64,000 bases of DNA from Actinomycetes bacterium (GTDB taxonomy: Bacteria > Actinomycetota > Actinomycetes > JAWWOW01): positions 358,770 through 422,769 of the forward strand of contig JBJMHR010000013.1 in NCBI GenBank assembly GCA_045807285.1, read 5' to 3'. A program made the position numbers and the translations under genes. Below, in pieces: positions 17,790 to 29,701 of this stretch. A model generated the notes under the pieces. The model was not told where the DNA came from. It did not search any database and worked only from the letters and a program-made list of their open reading frames with translations. How positions within the stretch are numbered: position 1 is the stretch's first letter; the number at the start of each line of letters is the position of its first letter.

Positions 17790-20587
17790 GACGGCTCGGG
17801 GTAGGCGTAGTAGGTCAGCGACCGACCATCCGGCTTCACGGTCTCGAGCCGTGCCGTTGGCTCACGCGGATGCGCTGCCCAACGAAGGATGTCCGCGAGC
17901 AACGCCCGTGCTGCGGTGTCCCCTTCGAGCACGCGACGTGCCAGCCGGTATTGACAACAGATCAGCCGCCCGGCGCCAACGTGGTGACAACCGACGATCC
18001 ATCCGGTGATGGAGCCGGGTACCGGCTTGTACGCGATGACGACGGGCTCGTGCGGGAAACCGCCACCCGCGATGCGAACGACGGCACTGTGCGCCTGGAT
18101 CGTGGACTCTTCTGCTACCAGCACGTTGCGTCTCGGCAATGACGGCAGCGCACCCGAGTCGGTCGTGAAATGGAACACCGACGATCCCCACGCGGTCTCG
18201 ACATTCGCGAGCTCGGTCGGGACCGGATAGTGCGCAGCCTTGGCCGGATCCTGCGCGAGGACGACGACGGTCTCACCTGCGTCGAGTCGCAGGCGGGCCT
18301 CGGTTCCGGCGGCGACGTCAAGGGCACCCTCGGCGACGACCAGCGGACCAGTCGCACCACAACGGGCGCCCACTGCCTGCAGGACCGCATCGCCGTCGCC
18401 GCGCGACTGCACATCGTACGGCGCGGCGGTGCGCGTGACGATGTGAATCGGGTAGCGGTTCTCCGAGATGACCTGCGCACCGGACGACAGGATCAGCAGC
18501 AGATCGTGGTTGCCGGCGACACGCGGTGCCAGCACGGTCACGTCGCCCACGACGACGCTGCGATCGGCCTCGATCGAACCGACGCGGACCGCGACCTCAC
18601 ACTCACCGAAACGCGCCTCGATCCTCGCGGGTGACAAGGCGGTGGCGTCGAAGGCAGCAACGCGATCGAGGTTCGCCGCCATCGTGCCGCCGAAACGGAT
18701 GTGCACCTGTACGTCGCTAAGCGCGGGACCATCGTTAGCGATATGCAGAGGCGCGCGCAGGTACTCCCCCGCATAGACCACAAGGCTGTCGAGGTGCAGC
18801 ATCGGGAGGGTCGGTTGGTTCGCGCGGCGGATCTCCTCGACCGCTGGCGGCTTCGGCTGACGATGCAGATCAAGCAAGCCGTTCAGCTCATGCGGCACGT
18901 CGGTCAGCTCGGTGACGCAGTAGCCACCGACGTGGTCGTGGCGCCGGAACACCTCGATCTGCAGTCGGTCGGACAAGCCCTGGTAGCGCTGCGTTTCCCG
19001 CACGAACCGGCCGATGCTGGCGGGCCAGAGCGTCGCGGCAAGCCCGGCGGCGTAGATCTCGCGCGGATCCCAGAACGGCGCGGCCGGTGTCTCCGGCATC
19101 GTCGGCAGACCCCAGTCGCCGAACTCGGTGACGTAGAGCGGTCGCTGCGCGTCAGCCCACTGCCGGCATGCGGCGTCGAGCTTGTCGAGGTACTCCGAAT
19201 GCAAGCGGCCGTACCAGTGCGCGGTGAGGATCGGTGAACAGAACACGCGGTCGGGATGGGGCTCGACCCAGTCGTTCTCGATGACAGGCCGCGTCGGATC
19301 CATCGACGAGACCGCGGCGTACATCGTGCGCGCGAACTGCTCGTAGACCGGCGACTCGCGTACGCCCGCCCGGTCGAGGCCGAGCTCGTTCATCGCCGAC
19401 CACAGAATGATCGACGGATGGTTGCGATCGCGGCGGACTTGCTCGGTGATTGCTTCGATCGCGCATTCGCTGAGTGGTGTGCCGTCGCCGAGCTCGTCGT
19501 GCGCGATCGGTTCGGCTATCGGGAGGTCGCTGTGCACCAACATTCCGAGCTCGTCGCACACGCGTAGGTAGGTCGGGTCGAAAGCCTTGATGTGCAGCCG
19601 CACGGTGTTGAAGCCCATGGCCTTGGCGGCTTTGACCTCGTCGATGATCTGCTCGCGGCTGCCCTCGGCATACAGCTGTTCGGCGCGGAAGCCCTGCACC
19701 AGCACACTCTTCATGCGGTACGGCACGTCGTTGATCAACATGCGCGTCCCGTCCAAGCGGATGGTGCGCAGCCCGTAACGAATCTGCCGCCGGTCGCTCA
19801 ACGCGACGTCGGTCTTGACCTCGACGAGCAGCTGATGGAGCGCAGGTTGCTCGGGTGACCAGCGCGGCGCGGGAGTGCTGCCGAACTGCGACGTGACCGT
19901 CGTGGACTCGCCAGGACCGAGTCGTACGACGTGCTCCTGCACCCGGTCGAGCGTGCGCAGCCCGAGCAAGCCCCAGGTCTCCTCGGCCGCGACGTTCTCG
20001 ACCTCAACCCGGACCTGCAGGTCGTCCGGATCGCTGTTGACGAACACGTCCGAGAGCACCAACGGCCCGTGCCGCCGAAGGCTCACCGGCTGCCAGATGC
20101 CGCCGTAGGTCAGATAAAGGCTCGGTCGGCTCGGGAAGACATGGTTCGCCCAACCTTGTTTCCCGTGCGCCATCCGCACGTGTTGCGGATCCTCGAGTGG
20201 CGGGTCGGTGACCCTTACATCGAGCACGTTCACGCCGGCACACAACGCATGCGTGACCGGGAGCTCGAACGGCGTGAAGGGCTGCGCGTGCGAGCCGATG
20301 TGTTCGGCGTTGAGGAACACGTCGGCAAGATCCATGACGGCGCCGAAACGCAACGTCCAGTGGCCGTCGACGTACGGGAGATGGAAGCGGCGGCGGTACC
20401 AAGCGGTGCCGTCGAGCTCGAGGTAACCCTGCGCCTCCCACAAGCCGGGGACCTCGATGGCAGCGGGCGTCAGTTGGTCGAGCTCGCTGCGATCGTGATC
20501 GCCCGGGAAGAACTCCCATATTCCGTCGAGCGAGCCGCGATCGCGCGCATCGAGATCCAGGACGCTCGGCGCGAGCGCCGTCGTCAC
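17786..20587 (-). CDS. Glycoside hydrolase family 2 protein (beta-galactosidase/beta-mannosidase/possible galactofuranosidase class), about 933 aa
   Basis: GH2 sugar-binding N-domain and TIM barrel with NHPSIILWSAMNE (acid/base) and YVTEFGDWG (nucleophile) motifs; GTG 20587 overlaps upstream TGA. Confidence 0.8.
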   Translation of the reverse strand: MTTALAPSVLDLDARDRGSLDGIWEFFPGDHDRSELDQLTPAAIEVPGLWEAQGYLELDGTAWYRRRFHLPYVDGHWTLRFGAVMDLADVFLNAEHIGSHAQPFTPFELPVTHALCAGVNVLDVRVTDPPLEDPQHVRMAHGKQGWANHVFPSRPSLYLTYGGIWQPVSLRRHGPLVLSDVFVNSDPDDLQVRVEVENVAAEETWGLLGLRTLDRVQEHVVRLGPGESTTVTSQFGSTPAPRWSPEQPALHQLLVEVKTDVALSDRRQIRYGLRTIRLDGTRMLINDVPYRMKSVLVQGFRAEQLYAEGSREQIIDEVKAAKAMGFNTVRLHIKAFDPTYLRVCDELGMLVHSDLPIAEPIAHDELGDGTPLSECAIEAITEQVRRDRNHPSIILWSAMNELGLDRAGVRESPVYEQFARTMYAAVSSMDPTRPVIENDWVEPHPDRVFCSPILTAHWYGRLHSEYLDKLDAACRQWADAQRPLYVTEFGDWGLPTMPETPAAPFWDPREIYAAGLAATLWPASIGRFVRETQRYQGLSDRLQIEVFRRHDHVGGYCVTELTDVPHELNGLLDLHRQPKPPAVEEIRRANQPTLPMLHLDSLVVYAGEYLRAPLHIANDGPALSDVQVHIRFGGTMAANLDRVAAFDATALSPARIEARFGECEVAVRVGSIEADRSVVVGDVTVLAPRVAGNHDLLLILSSGAQVISENRYPIHIVTRTAAPYDVQSRGDGDAVLQAVGARCGATGPLVVAEGALDVAAGTEARLRLDAGETVVVLAQDPAKAAHYPVPTELANVETAWGSSVFHFTTDSGALPSLPRRNVLVAEESTIQAHSAVVRIAGGGFPHEPVVIAYKPVPGSITGWIVGCHHVGAGRLICCQYRLARRVLEGDTAARALLADILRWAAHPREPTARLETVKPDGRSLTYYAYPEPS

Positions 20588-21624
20588 CCCAGCTGGGTCG
20601 ACGTTGACCGCGGGCTGGTCGGGCCGGCGCCTGCCCCGGTAGTCGTGATCGCTGTGGACAGTTCCTCCCGGTCGCCCTCGGAAAGCTCCAGCGTCGCTGC
20701 CGGAAGCCACCCGTCGACCTGGTCCGCGCGCCGGGCACCGACGATCGCGCCGGTGACGCCCGGCCATGTCAGCGTCCAGGCTACGGCGATCGCGCCCGTT
20801 TCCACGCCATGTCGATCGGCAACCGGACGTAGCGCGTCGGCCAGGGCGAGGTTGCGCTTCAGGTTGTCACCGGTGAAGTCTTCATGGTCGCGGCGCCAGT
20901 CATCGTCCGGCATCGACGCAAGCCGTTCCTCAGTCATCGCCCCGGTGAGCAACCCGGACTGCATCGGGCTGTAGACGATCACGCCGGTGTCATGCTCGGC
21001 GCACCACGGGATCACGTCGTCAGCTGCTTCCCGATGAATCATCGAGAACGGCGGCTGCAGTGATCCCACGTGTCCAATTGCCTCAGCAGTCTCCAGTTGC
21101 TTGACGTCATGGTTCGACAAGCCGATCGCGCGCACCTTGCCCGCCTGGACGAGGTCGACCATCGTTGCCCAGTAGTCCTCGAGTGGCGTGCCGTCCTCCG
21201 GCGGCCAGTGCACCTGGTACAGGTCGATTCGCTCAACCTGGAGCCGCCGCAGGGAGTCCTCCACCTCGCGGCGCACGCTGTCCGCGGCCATCACGTTGCT
21301 CGGTCCGGCCTCGTCGTCGTTCACGTCGAAGATCAGGCCGCACTTCGTGAACACATAAGGCCGGTCAGCGTCGGAGTAGTCGCGAAGGGCGAGACCGACC
21401 ACCTCTTCGGAGCGACCGCGGCCGTACACCGGCGCGGTATCGACCCAGTTGACGCCGCTCTCGACGGCGTGGCGGATGGTGGCTATCGACTCCATGTCCT
21501 CCTGGTTGCCCCAGCCGAGCCGCCAGCCGCCACCACCCACTGCCCACGCGCCGAAGCCGACGCGCGTGATGTCCATGCCGGTCGTGCCGAACGGGACCAC
21601 CGGCAGCGATGTTTGTGGGCTCAC
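20584..21624 (-). CDS. Aldo/keto reductase
   Basis: VGFGAWAVGG...VNWVDTAPVYG AKR signature; GTGA overlap at both ends. Confidence 0.85.
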   Translation of the reverse strand: MSPQTSLPVVPFGTTGMDITRVGFGAWAVGGGGWRLGWGNQEDMESIATIRHAVESGVNWVDTAPVYGRGRSEEVVGLALRDYSDADRPYVFTKCGLIFDVNDDEAGPSNVMAADSVRREVEDSLRRLQVERIDLYQVHWPPEDGTPLEDYWATMVDLVQAGKVRAIGLSNHDVKQLETAEAIGHVGSLQPPFSMIHREAADDVIPWCAEHDTGVIVYSPMQSGLLTGAMTEERLASMPDDDWRRDHEDFTGDNLKRNLALADALRPVADRHGVETGAIAVAWTLTWPGVTGAIVGARRADQVDGWLPAATLELSEGDREELSTAITTTGAGAGPTSPRSTSTQLG

Positions 21625-22570
21625 GCTGCTTCCTCGCCAGCGATGTCGTCGGTCGGCGCGGCCTCGCCCAGTGACGGAATGGAGTCGACATCTGCAGCCG
21701 CGAGGGCGTAGCGCCACGTTTCGGAGTTCGCGTCGCGCTCCTGGAAGAACAATGCGAGTTCCTTGCCGTCCAGGACCAGGGTGCCGTGCCCGTTCTCACC
21801 AGCATGGTCGCCACCCACCGGGCTGAGCACGGGCCCGTCGACGGCGTAGGGACCAAGCGGTGTGCTCGCGCGGGCGAAGAAAACGCGCTGTCGACAACCG
21901 GCCGGAGCATCCCGCAGGAAGCACACCGCGTTGAGCAACACATCTCCATCGGGCAGCTCGATGAGCTGACCACCCTCGAGTCCCCATTCGTAGAGGGGTT
22001 CGCCGCGCTGGTTGTGGCAGTCGACGTGCTCGTGTCGCAGGATCGGACCCAGTCGTTCCCACGGCCCGGACCACCGACCGGTGACGCTGCGTGCCAAGTG
22101 CACGTCGGGCTCACCCACGGTGCGGAAGCCGGAGTAGACGAGATAGGGCCAGCCACCGATCTCGGCGGGGTGCGGGTCGTAGATACCGGCGTCTTCGGTA
22201 CCTGGTTGTGACGTCAGCGCGGTGTCGACGTGGTGGAACGTCGTACCGCAGTCAATGGAAACGAGATGCTCGATCGTGCCGCCGAGCTTGTTGTACTCGG
22301 TCTGCAGGAACATGTGCAGGCGGCCCCGCGAAGCGACGACGCCCGGCGCTGCGACGCACCCGCCCGGGATATCGACGCGGATCGGTTGCGCAACCTGCCA
22401 CGGACCGCGCAGGCTCGGCGCTGTCGCATGCAAGAGCTCGAACACATGCGGGCTCGTGATGCCCGTGCCGAACAGATGCCAGAGCGAGCCGTCGAAGACC
22501 GGACACGGATCTTTGACCATGCAGTAGCGGCGCGACTCGAACCGCAGCGCAGTCCGAGCCATAGCGATCG

Positions 22571-22574
<4 letters not shown>
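21621..22574 (-). CDS. Five-bladed beta-propeller glycoside hydrolase-like protein (GH43/GH130-like fold)
   Basis: MVKDPCPVFDGSLWHLFGT and IYDPHP...WPYLVYSG blades typical of GH43/GH32/GH130 propellers; family assignment tentative. Confidence 0.55.
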
Positions 22575-25071
<2,497 letters not shown>

Positions 25072-25089
25072 TCAGTGGAAGGGTTTCTC

Positions 25090-26541
25090 ATGTACGAGTA
25101 CGACAAGTTGTTCATCGGTGGTCAGTGGGTCGCACCATCCAGCGACCGGGTCATCGAAGTGCACTCCCCCGCGACGCTGGAGCCTGTCGGCCGTACGCCG
25201 GAAGCGGCCGAGGCCGACGTGGACACTGCTGTGGCCGCAGCGCGAAAGGCGTTCGACGAGGGCCCTTGGCCGCGCATGACACCGATCGAGCGCGCCGCAG
25301 TGCTCACGAAGGTCGGTGAGCTGCTCGCGACACGGACCGACGACACGGTGAACGTCATCTCCAGCGAGCTGGGCCAACCGCCCATGACGGTCCAGATGAT
25401 GCAGGTGTTCCCGTCGCAAGCAGTGCTCGGTTTCTATCCCGGCCTAGCCGCGAGCTTCCCGTGGGAAGAGGAGAAGCAAGGCGTCTTCGGCACGTTCCGG
25501 GTGCACAAGGAGCCGGTCGGTGTCGTCGGGGCGATCATCGCTTGGAACGTCCCGCTCTTCCTTGCCTTCAACAAGCTGGCACCGGCGCTGCTCGCCGGCT
25601 GCACGGTTGTCCTCAAGCCGGCACCGGAGACGCCGCTCGCGACGAACGTCGTTGCCGACTGGTTCGCCGAGGCGGGGTTGCCCGAGGGTGTGCTCTCGGT
25701 ACTTCCGGCCGGACGCGAAGTCGGTGAGCACCTCGTCACGCACCCCGGCATCGACAAGGTGAGCTTCACCGGCAGCGTCGCCGCGGGCAAGCGCGTCGGC
25801 GCACTCGCTGCCGAGCGGCTCAAGCGCTGCACACTCGAGCTGGGCGGCAAGTCCGCCGCGATCCTGCTCGACGACTTCGACCTCGCCGCCAACGTCGACG
25901 GTCTGCTGATGTCCGGACTTGCCAACAGTGGTCAGGCCTGTGTCGCGCAGACGCGCATCCTCGCGCCGCGCGCACGGTACGCCGAGATCACCGATGCGCT
26001 CGCGGCAGCAGCAGCGGCGTACAAGGTCGGGCCACCGAGCGATCCGGAAGCGCAGATGGGCCCGCTCGTCGCGGAGCGGCAACGCGACCGCGTCGAGGGC
26101 TACATCGCGAAAGGCAAGGCCGAGGGCGCGAAGGTCGTGGCCGGCGGTGGTCGACCCAAGGGTCTCGACAAGGGCTGGTACGTCGAACCCACTGTGTTCG
26201 CCAACGTCGACAACAAGATGACGATCGCGCAGGAGGAGATCTTCGGTCCGGTGCTGTCGGTGATCCCGTACGACGGTGAGGCCGAGGCGATCCGGATCGC
26301 GAACGACTCCGACTATGGCCTTGCGGGCTCGGTGTGGACGAACGACGTGGCGCACGGTCTGGAGATCGCCAAGCAGGTGCGCACCGGCACATACGCCATC
26401 AACTGGTACGCGTTCGACATGGCCGGGCCGTTCGGCGGCTACAAGTGCTCGGGTGTCGGGCGGGAGGACGGTGTCGAAGGTCTGGAGTCGTTCTGTGAGA
26501 CGAAGCAGATCCTGATGCCGCTGGGCTGGACGGCGAGCTAA
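25090..26541 (+). CDS. Aldehyde dehydrogenase family protein
   Basis: ALDH signatures (ELGGKSAAIL; catalytic Cys region GQACVAQTR); GGAAGGG before ATG 25090. Confidence 0.9.
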   Translation: MYEYDKLFIGGQWVAPSSDRVIEVHSPATLEPVGRTPEAAEADVDTAVAAARKAFDEGPWPRMTPIERAAVLTKVGELLATRTDDTVNVISSELGQPPMTVQMMQVFPSQAVLGFYPGLAASFPWEEEKQGVFGTFRVHKEPVGVVGAIIAWNVPLFLAFNKLAPALLAGCTVVLKPAPETPLATNVVADWFAEAGLPEGVLSVLPAGREVGEHLVTHPGIDKVSFTGSVAAGKRVGALAAERLKRCTLELGGKSAAILLDDFDLAANVDGLLMSGLANSGQACVAQTRILAPRARYAEITDALAAAAAAYKVGPPSDPEAQMGPLVAERQRDRVEGYIAKGKAEGAKVVAGGGRPKGLDKGWYVEPTVFANVDNKMTIAQEEIFGPVLSVIPYDGEAEAIRIANDSDYGLAGSVWTNDVAHGLEIAKQVRTGTYAINWYAFDMAGPFGGYKCSGVGREDGVEGLESFCETKQILMPLGWTAS

Positions 26542-27557
26542 CGAAAGTCCTCGTCACGGGGGGCACCGGCTTCATCGGTGCCCACACCGTCAAGGCGATC
26601 GTGGACGCGGGTCACCACGTCCGGCTGCTGGTGCGCAACCGGAAACGGATCGAGCAGTCGCTCGCGCCGCTCGGCGTACCTATCGACGACTTTGTCGTCG
26701 GCGACATCAAAGACGCCGACAGTGTCGCGACGGCGATAGACGGCTGCGATGCGGTCGTCCATGCGGCCGCCGAGGTTTCGGTCGAACGCCGTCGCGCCGC
26801 CGACGTGCTGGCGACGAACCCGCGCGGCACCGAGATCGTCATTGACAGTGCGGTTGAACGCGGGCTCGACCCGATCGTGCACGTGTCCAGCGTCGCGGCA
26901 GTGTTCACACCGGGCGTCAAGCTGGTCTCGGCCGACCTCCCGCCGGCCAGGGTGGAGTCGGCGTACGGCAGGTCCAAAGCACAGGCGGAAGAACATGTAC
27001 GACGGCGACAGGCCGAAGGCGCACCGGTGGTCATCACGTATCCGGCTGCCGTGTGGGGGCCGCCCGCCGGTCAAGCCATCGGCGAATCCGTCGCGGCACT
27101 GGAGTACTACGCGCGGCACGGCGTCGTGATGTCCGCCGGCGCGCTCTCGTTCATCGACGTCCGCGACCTCGCGGCAATTCACGCAGCCGCGCTCACACCG
27201 GGGCGTGGGCCGCGGCGTTATATGTGCGGCGGCCACTTCGTCCGGATGCCCGACTACGCGCGCCTCCTGCAGGACGCGACGGGGCGCCGGTTCCGGGTCA
27301 TTCCGGTCCCCGGGGTGGGATTGCGCGTCGTCGGCACGGTCATGGACGGCCTCATGCACGTGCTCCCGGTCGACTCACCGCTCACGCACGAAGGCATGAC
27401 GTTGCTCACGCGCTGGGTGCCGACCGATGACAGCGCGTTCCACACTGACCTCGGCGTCGAACTTCGGGACGCGCGAGAGACGGTGCGCGCCGCGATCCGC
27501 GGCCTCGTGCAGCTCGGTCGCCTCACCGAGGCCCAGGCTGGCGCCGCACGGGGGTGA
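26526..27557 (+). CDS. NAD-dependent epimerase/dehydratase family protein (start codon unresolved)
   Basis: In-frame TKVLVTGGTGFIGAH Rossmann motif begins at 26541 but no ATG/GTG/TTG lies between the in-frame stop (26496-26498) and 26601; CTG at 26526 is the only near-cognate candidate. Confidence 0.7.
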   Translation: MDGELTKVLVTGGTGFIGAHTVKAIVDAGHHVRLLVRNRKRIEQSLAPLGVPIDDFVVGDIKDADSVATAIDGCDAVVHAAAEVSVERRRAADVLATNPRGTEIVIDSAVERGLDPIVHVSSVAAVFTPGVKLVSADLPPARVESAYGRSKAQAEEHVRRRQAEGAPVVITYPAAVWGPPAGQAIGESVAALEYYARHGVVMSAGALSFIDVRDLAAIHAAALTPGRGPRRYMCGGHFVRMPDYARLLQDATGRRFRVIPVPGVGLRVVGTVMDGLMHVLPVDSPLTHEGMTLLTRWVPTDDSAFHTDLGVELRDARETVRAAIRGLVQLGRLTEAQAGAARG

Positions 27558-29137
27558 GTCGCGCCCCGAAGCGCGGTGTGGGCCGCTTCTATGCGGCGGT
27601 AGCCGCGATGATCATGCGGGGGGCGCAGCCGCCGCCGGCAGTGAACATCTGCCCGTCCGATTTCCGCCAGTCGTTGTCGGTCCCGGCTGGCAGAGTGGGC
27701 GACGTGCTCGACCACGAGACCTGCTATCGCGCCGTGTCCAGCCGCGACGCCCGCTTTGACGGCGCGTTCTTCACCGCGGTCACCTCGACGCGGATCTACT
27801 GCCGGCCGAGCTGCCCGGCGCTGACGCCGAAGCGCAGCAACGTCCGCTTCTACGCAACCGCTGCAGCGGCGCAGCAGGGCGGCTTCCGGGCCTGCAAGCG
27901 CTGCCGGCCGGACGCCACGCCGGGTTCGCCAGAGTGGAACCTGCGCGCCGACCTCGTCGGTCGCGCGATGCGGCTGATCGCCGACGGCGTCGTCGACCGC
28001 GACGGTGTCGCCGGTCTCGCGGCGCGACTCGGCTACAGCGAACGGCACGTGCACCGTCAGCTCGTCACAGAGGTGGGCGCCGGCCCGATCGCACTCGCGC
28101 GAGCCCAGCGCGCGCAGACCGCGCGCATCCTGCTCGAGACGACCGACCTCGCGGTTAGCCACGTCGCGTTCGCCGCCGGGTTCGCGAGCATCCGTCAGTT
28201 CAACGACACGATCCGTGATGTCTTCGCGGGCACACCGCGCGAGCTGCGCGCGCGGTCGGCGTCGACACCGACGGCGCCCGGCTCGTTGACGTTGCGGCTT
28301 CCCTATCGTGCACCGTTCGACGCGACACCACTGTTCAGGTTCCTCGGCACTCGCGCCGTTCCGGGCATCGAAGAGTGGGACGGAACGACGTTCCGACGGA
28401 GCCTGCATCTCCCCCACGGCACCGGCGTCGTCGACCTGACTCCCGCCGACGGCCACGTCCGCGCCACGATGCGCCTCGACGACGTGCGCGACCTGGCCGC
28501 CGCAGTGCAACGCTGTCGGCGGCTACTCGATCTCGACGCCGACTCGGTCGCGGTCGCGGACGCGCTCGGCCGCGACCCGCTGCTGCGTCGGCTCGTACGC
28601 AACGCTCCCGGTCGGAGGGTGCCTGGTCACGTCGACGGTGCCGAGCTCGCGGTGCGCGCGATCCTCGGGCAGCAGGTGTCGGTCTCCGGCGCGCGCACGG
28701 TCGCGGGACGCCTGGTCGCGAAGTACGGCAAACCGCTCACCGCGCCCGTGGGTGCCGTCACACACCTGTTTCCGGACGCCGGCACCCTCGCCGACGCTGA
28801 CCCCGACGATCTGCCGATGCCCGCCGCGCGCAAACGCGCGCTGCACGCCCTCACGTCAGCGCTCGCAACGGGCGACATTCGCATCGATGCCGGCGCCGAT
28901 CGCCTCGCTGTCGAGCGTGCGCTGCTCGCGCTGCCCGGCGTCGGACCGTGGACCGCGTCCTACATCGGCCTGCGCGCGCTGTCCGACCCGGACGCATTTC
29001 TGCCCACCGACCTCGGCGTACGACATGCACTGACAAACCTCGGCCAACCGGCCGACCCGAGATCCGCCGCGGCGATCGCCGAACGCTGGCGTCCCTGGCG
29101 GTCCTACGCGTTGATGTATCTATGGGAGTCGCTATGA
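27554..29137 (+). CDS. alkA: Ada (methylphosphotriester-DNA sensor domain, AraC-type HTH) fused to AlkA (DNA-3-methyladenine glycosylase II, HhH-GPD)
   Basis: CYRAVSSRDARFDGAFFTAVTSTRIYCRPSCPA...GFRACKRCRPD Ada Zn domain, AraC HTH, C-terminal AlkA domain; GTGA-coupled start at 27554, alternative GTG about 27695. Confidence 0.8.
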   Translation: MSRAPKRGVGRFYAAVAAMIMRGAQPPPAVNICPSDFRQSLSVPAGRVGDVLDHETCYRAVSSRDARFDGAFFTAVTSTRIYCRPSCPALTPKRSNVRFYATAAAAQQGGFRACKRCRPDATPGSPEWNLRADLVGRAMRLIADGVVDRDGVAGLAARLGYSERHVHRQLVTEVGAGPIALARAQRAQTARILLETTDLAVSHVAFAAGFASIRQFNDTIRDVFAGTPRELRARSASTPTAPGSLTLRLPYRAPFDATPLFRFLGTRAVPGIEEWDGTTFRRSLHLPHGTGVVDLTPADGHVRATMRLDDVRDLAAAVQRCRRLLDLDADSVAVADALGRDPLLRRLVRNAPGRRVPGHVDGAELAVRAILGQQVSVSGARTVAGRLVAKYGKPLTAPVGAVTHLFPDAGTLADADPDDLPMPAARKRALHALTSALATGDIRIDAGADRLAVERALLALPGVGPWTASYIGLRALSDPDAFLPTDLGVRHALTNLGQPADPRSAAAIAERWRPWRSYALMYLWESL

Positions 29138-29634
29138 ACACGGGAACGATGACCGTTTACACGACCATGCCGAGCCCGATCGGCGAGCTACTGCTGACCG
29201 GCGACGGCGCCGCGCTCACCCGGCTGCACATGAGTCCGTTCGCCATCGAGACGACGTGGGAGCGTGACGACGACGCGCTAGCTGACTACGTCGGACAGCT
29301 CCAGGACTACTTCGCGGGCACCCGGCGCGACTTCGACATCCCGCTCGCCCCGGCGGGTACTCCGTTCCAGCAGCGCGTCTGGGCAGCGCTGCTCGAGATC
29401 CCGTACGCCGAAACGCGCTCCTATCTCCAGCTCGCAACGCGGATCGGCAACGCGAAGGCCTGCCGCGCCGTGGGACTCGCGAACGGGCGCAACCCGATCG
29501 CGGTCGTCGTGCCTTGTCACCGGGTGATCGGGGCAAACGGGTCACTGACCGGATACGGCGGTGGCATGGACCGCAAGCGGGTGCTCCTCGACCTCGAGCG
29601 CCGGACGTCGGGAGCGCAGCTCGAGCTTGCCTGA
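29134..29634 (+). CDS. ogt: Methylated-DNA-protein-cysteine methyltransferase
   Basis: Active site PCHRV; ATGA overlap with alkA stop. Confidence 0.9.
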   Translation: MNTGTMTVYTTMPSPIGELLLTGDGAALTRLHMSPFAIETTWERDDDALADYVGQLQDYFAGTRRDFDIPLAPAGTPFQQRVWAALLEIPYAETRSYLQLATRIGNAKACRAVGLANGRNPIAVVVPCHRVIGANGSLTGYGGGMDRKRVLLDLERRTSGAQLELA

Positions 29635-29701
29635 CGGCAGGAATCCGGGTCGCCGGTGGCGAATATGAACAGACGCCCCCCGGAATCCCAGGAGCTCCTG
29701 C

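Noticed and set aside
16677-17804. 375-aa plus-strand ORF
   Set aside because: Antisense to galT/galK region; low-complexity R/G/D-rich
19931-20974. 347-aa plus-strand ORF and neighbouring ORFs 18701..19237 and 20004..20738
   Set aside because: All lie inside or antisense to the GH2/AKR genes; Arg-rich; no start context
26538-27359. 273-aa minus-strand ORF overlapping the epimerase
   Set aside because: Antisense; the plus-strand frame carries the Rossmann motif and the epimerase family pattern
27254-28510. 418-aa minus-strand ORF
   Set aside because: Antisense to the epimerase 3-prime end and ada-alkA; Arg-rich nonsense
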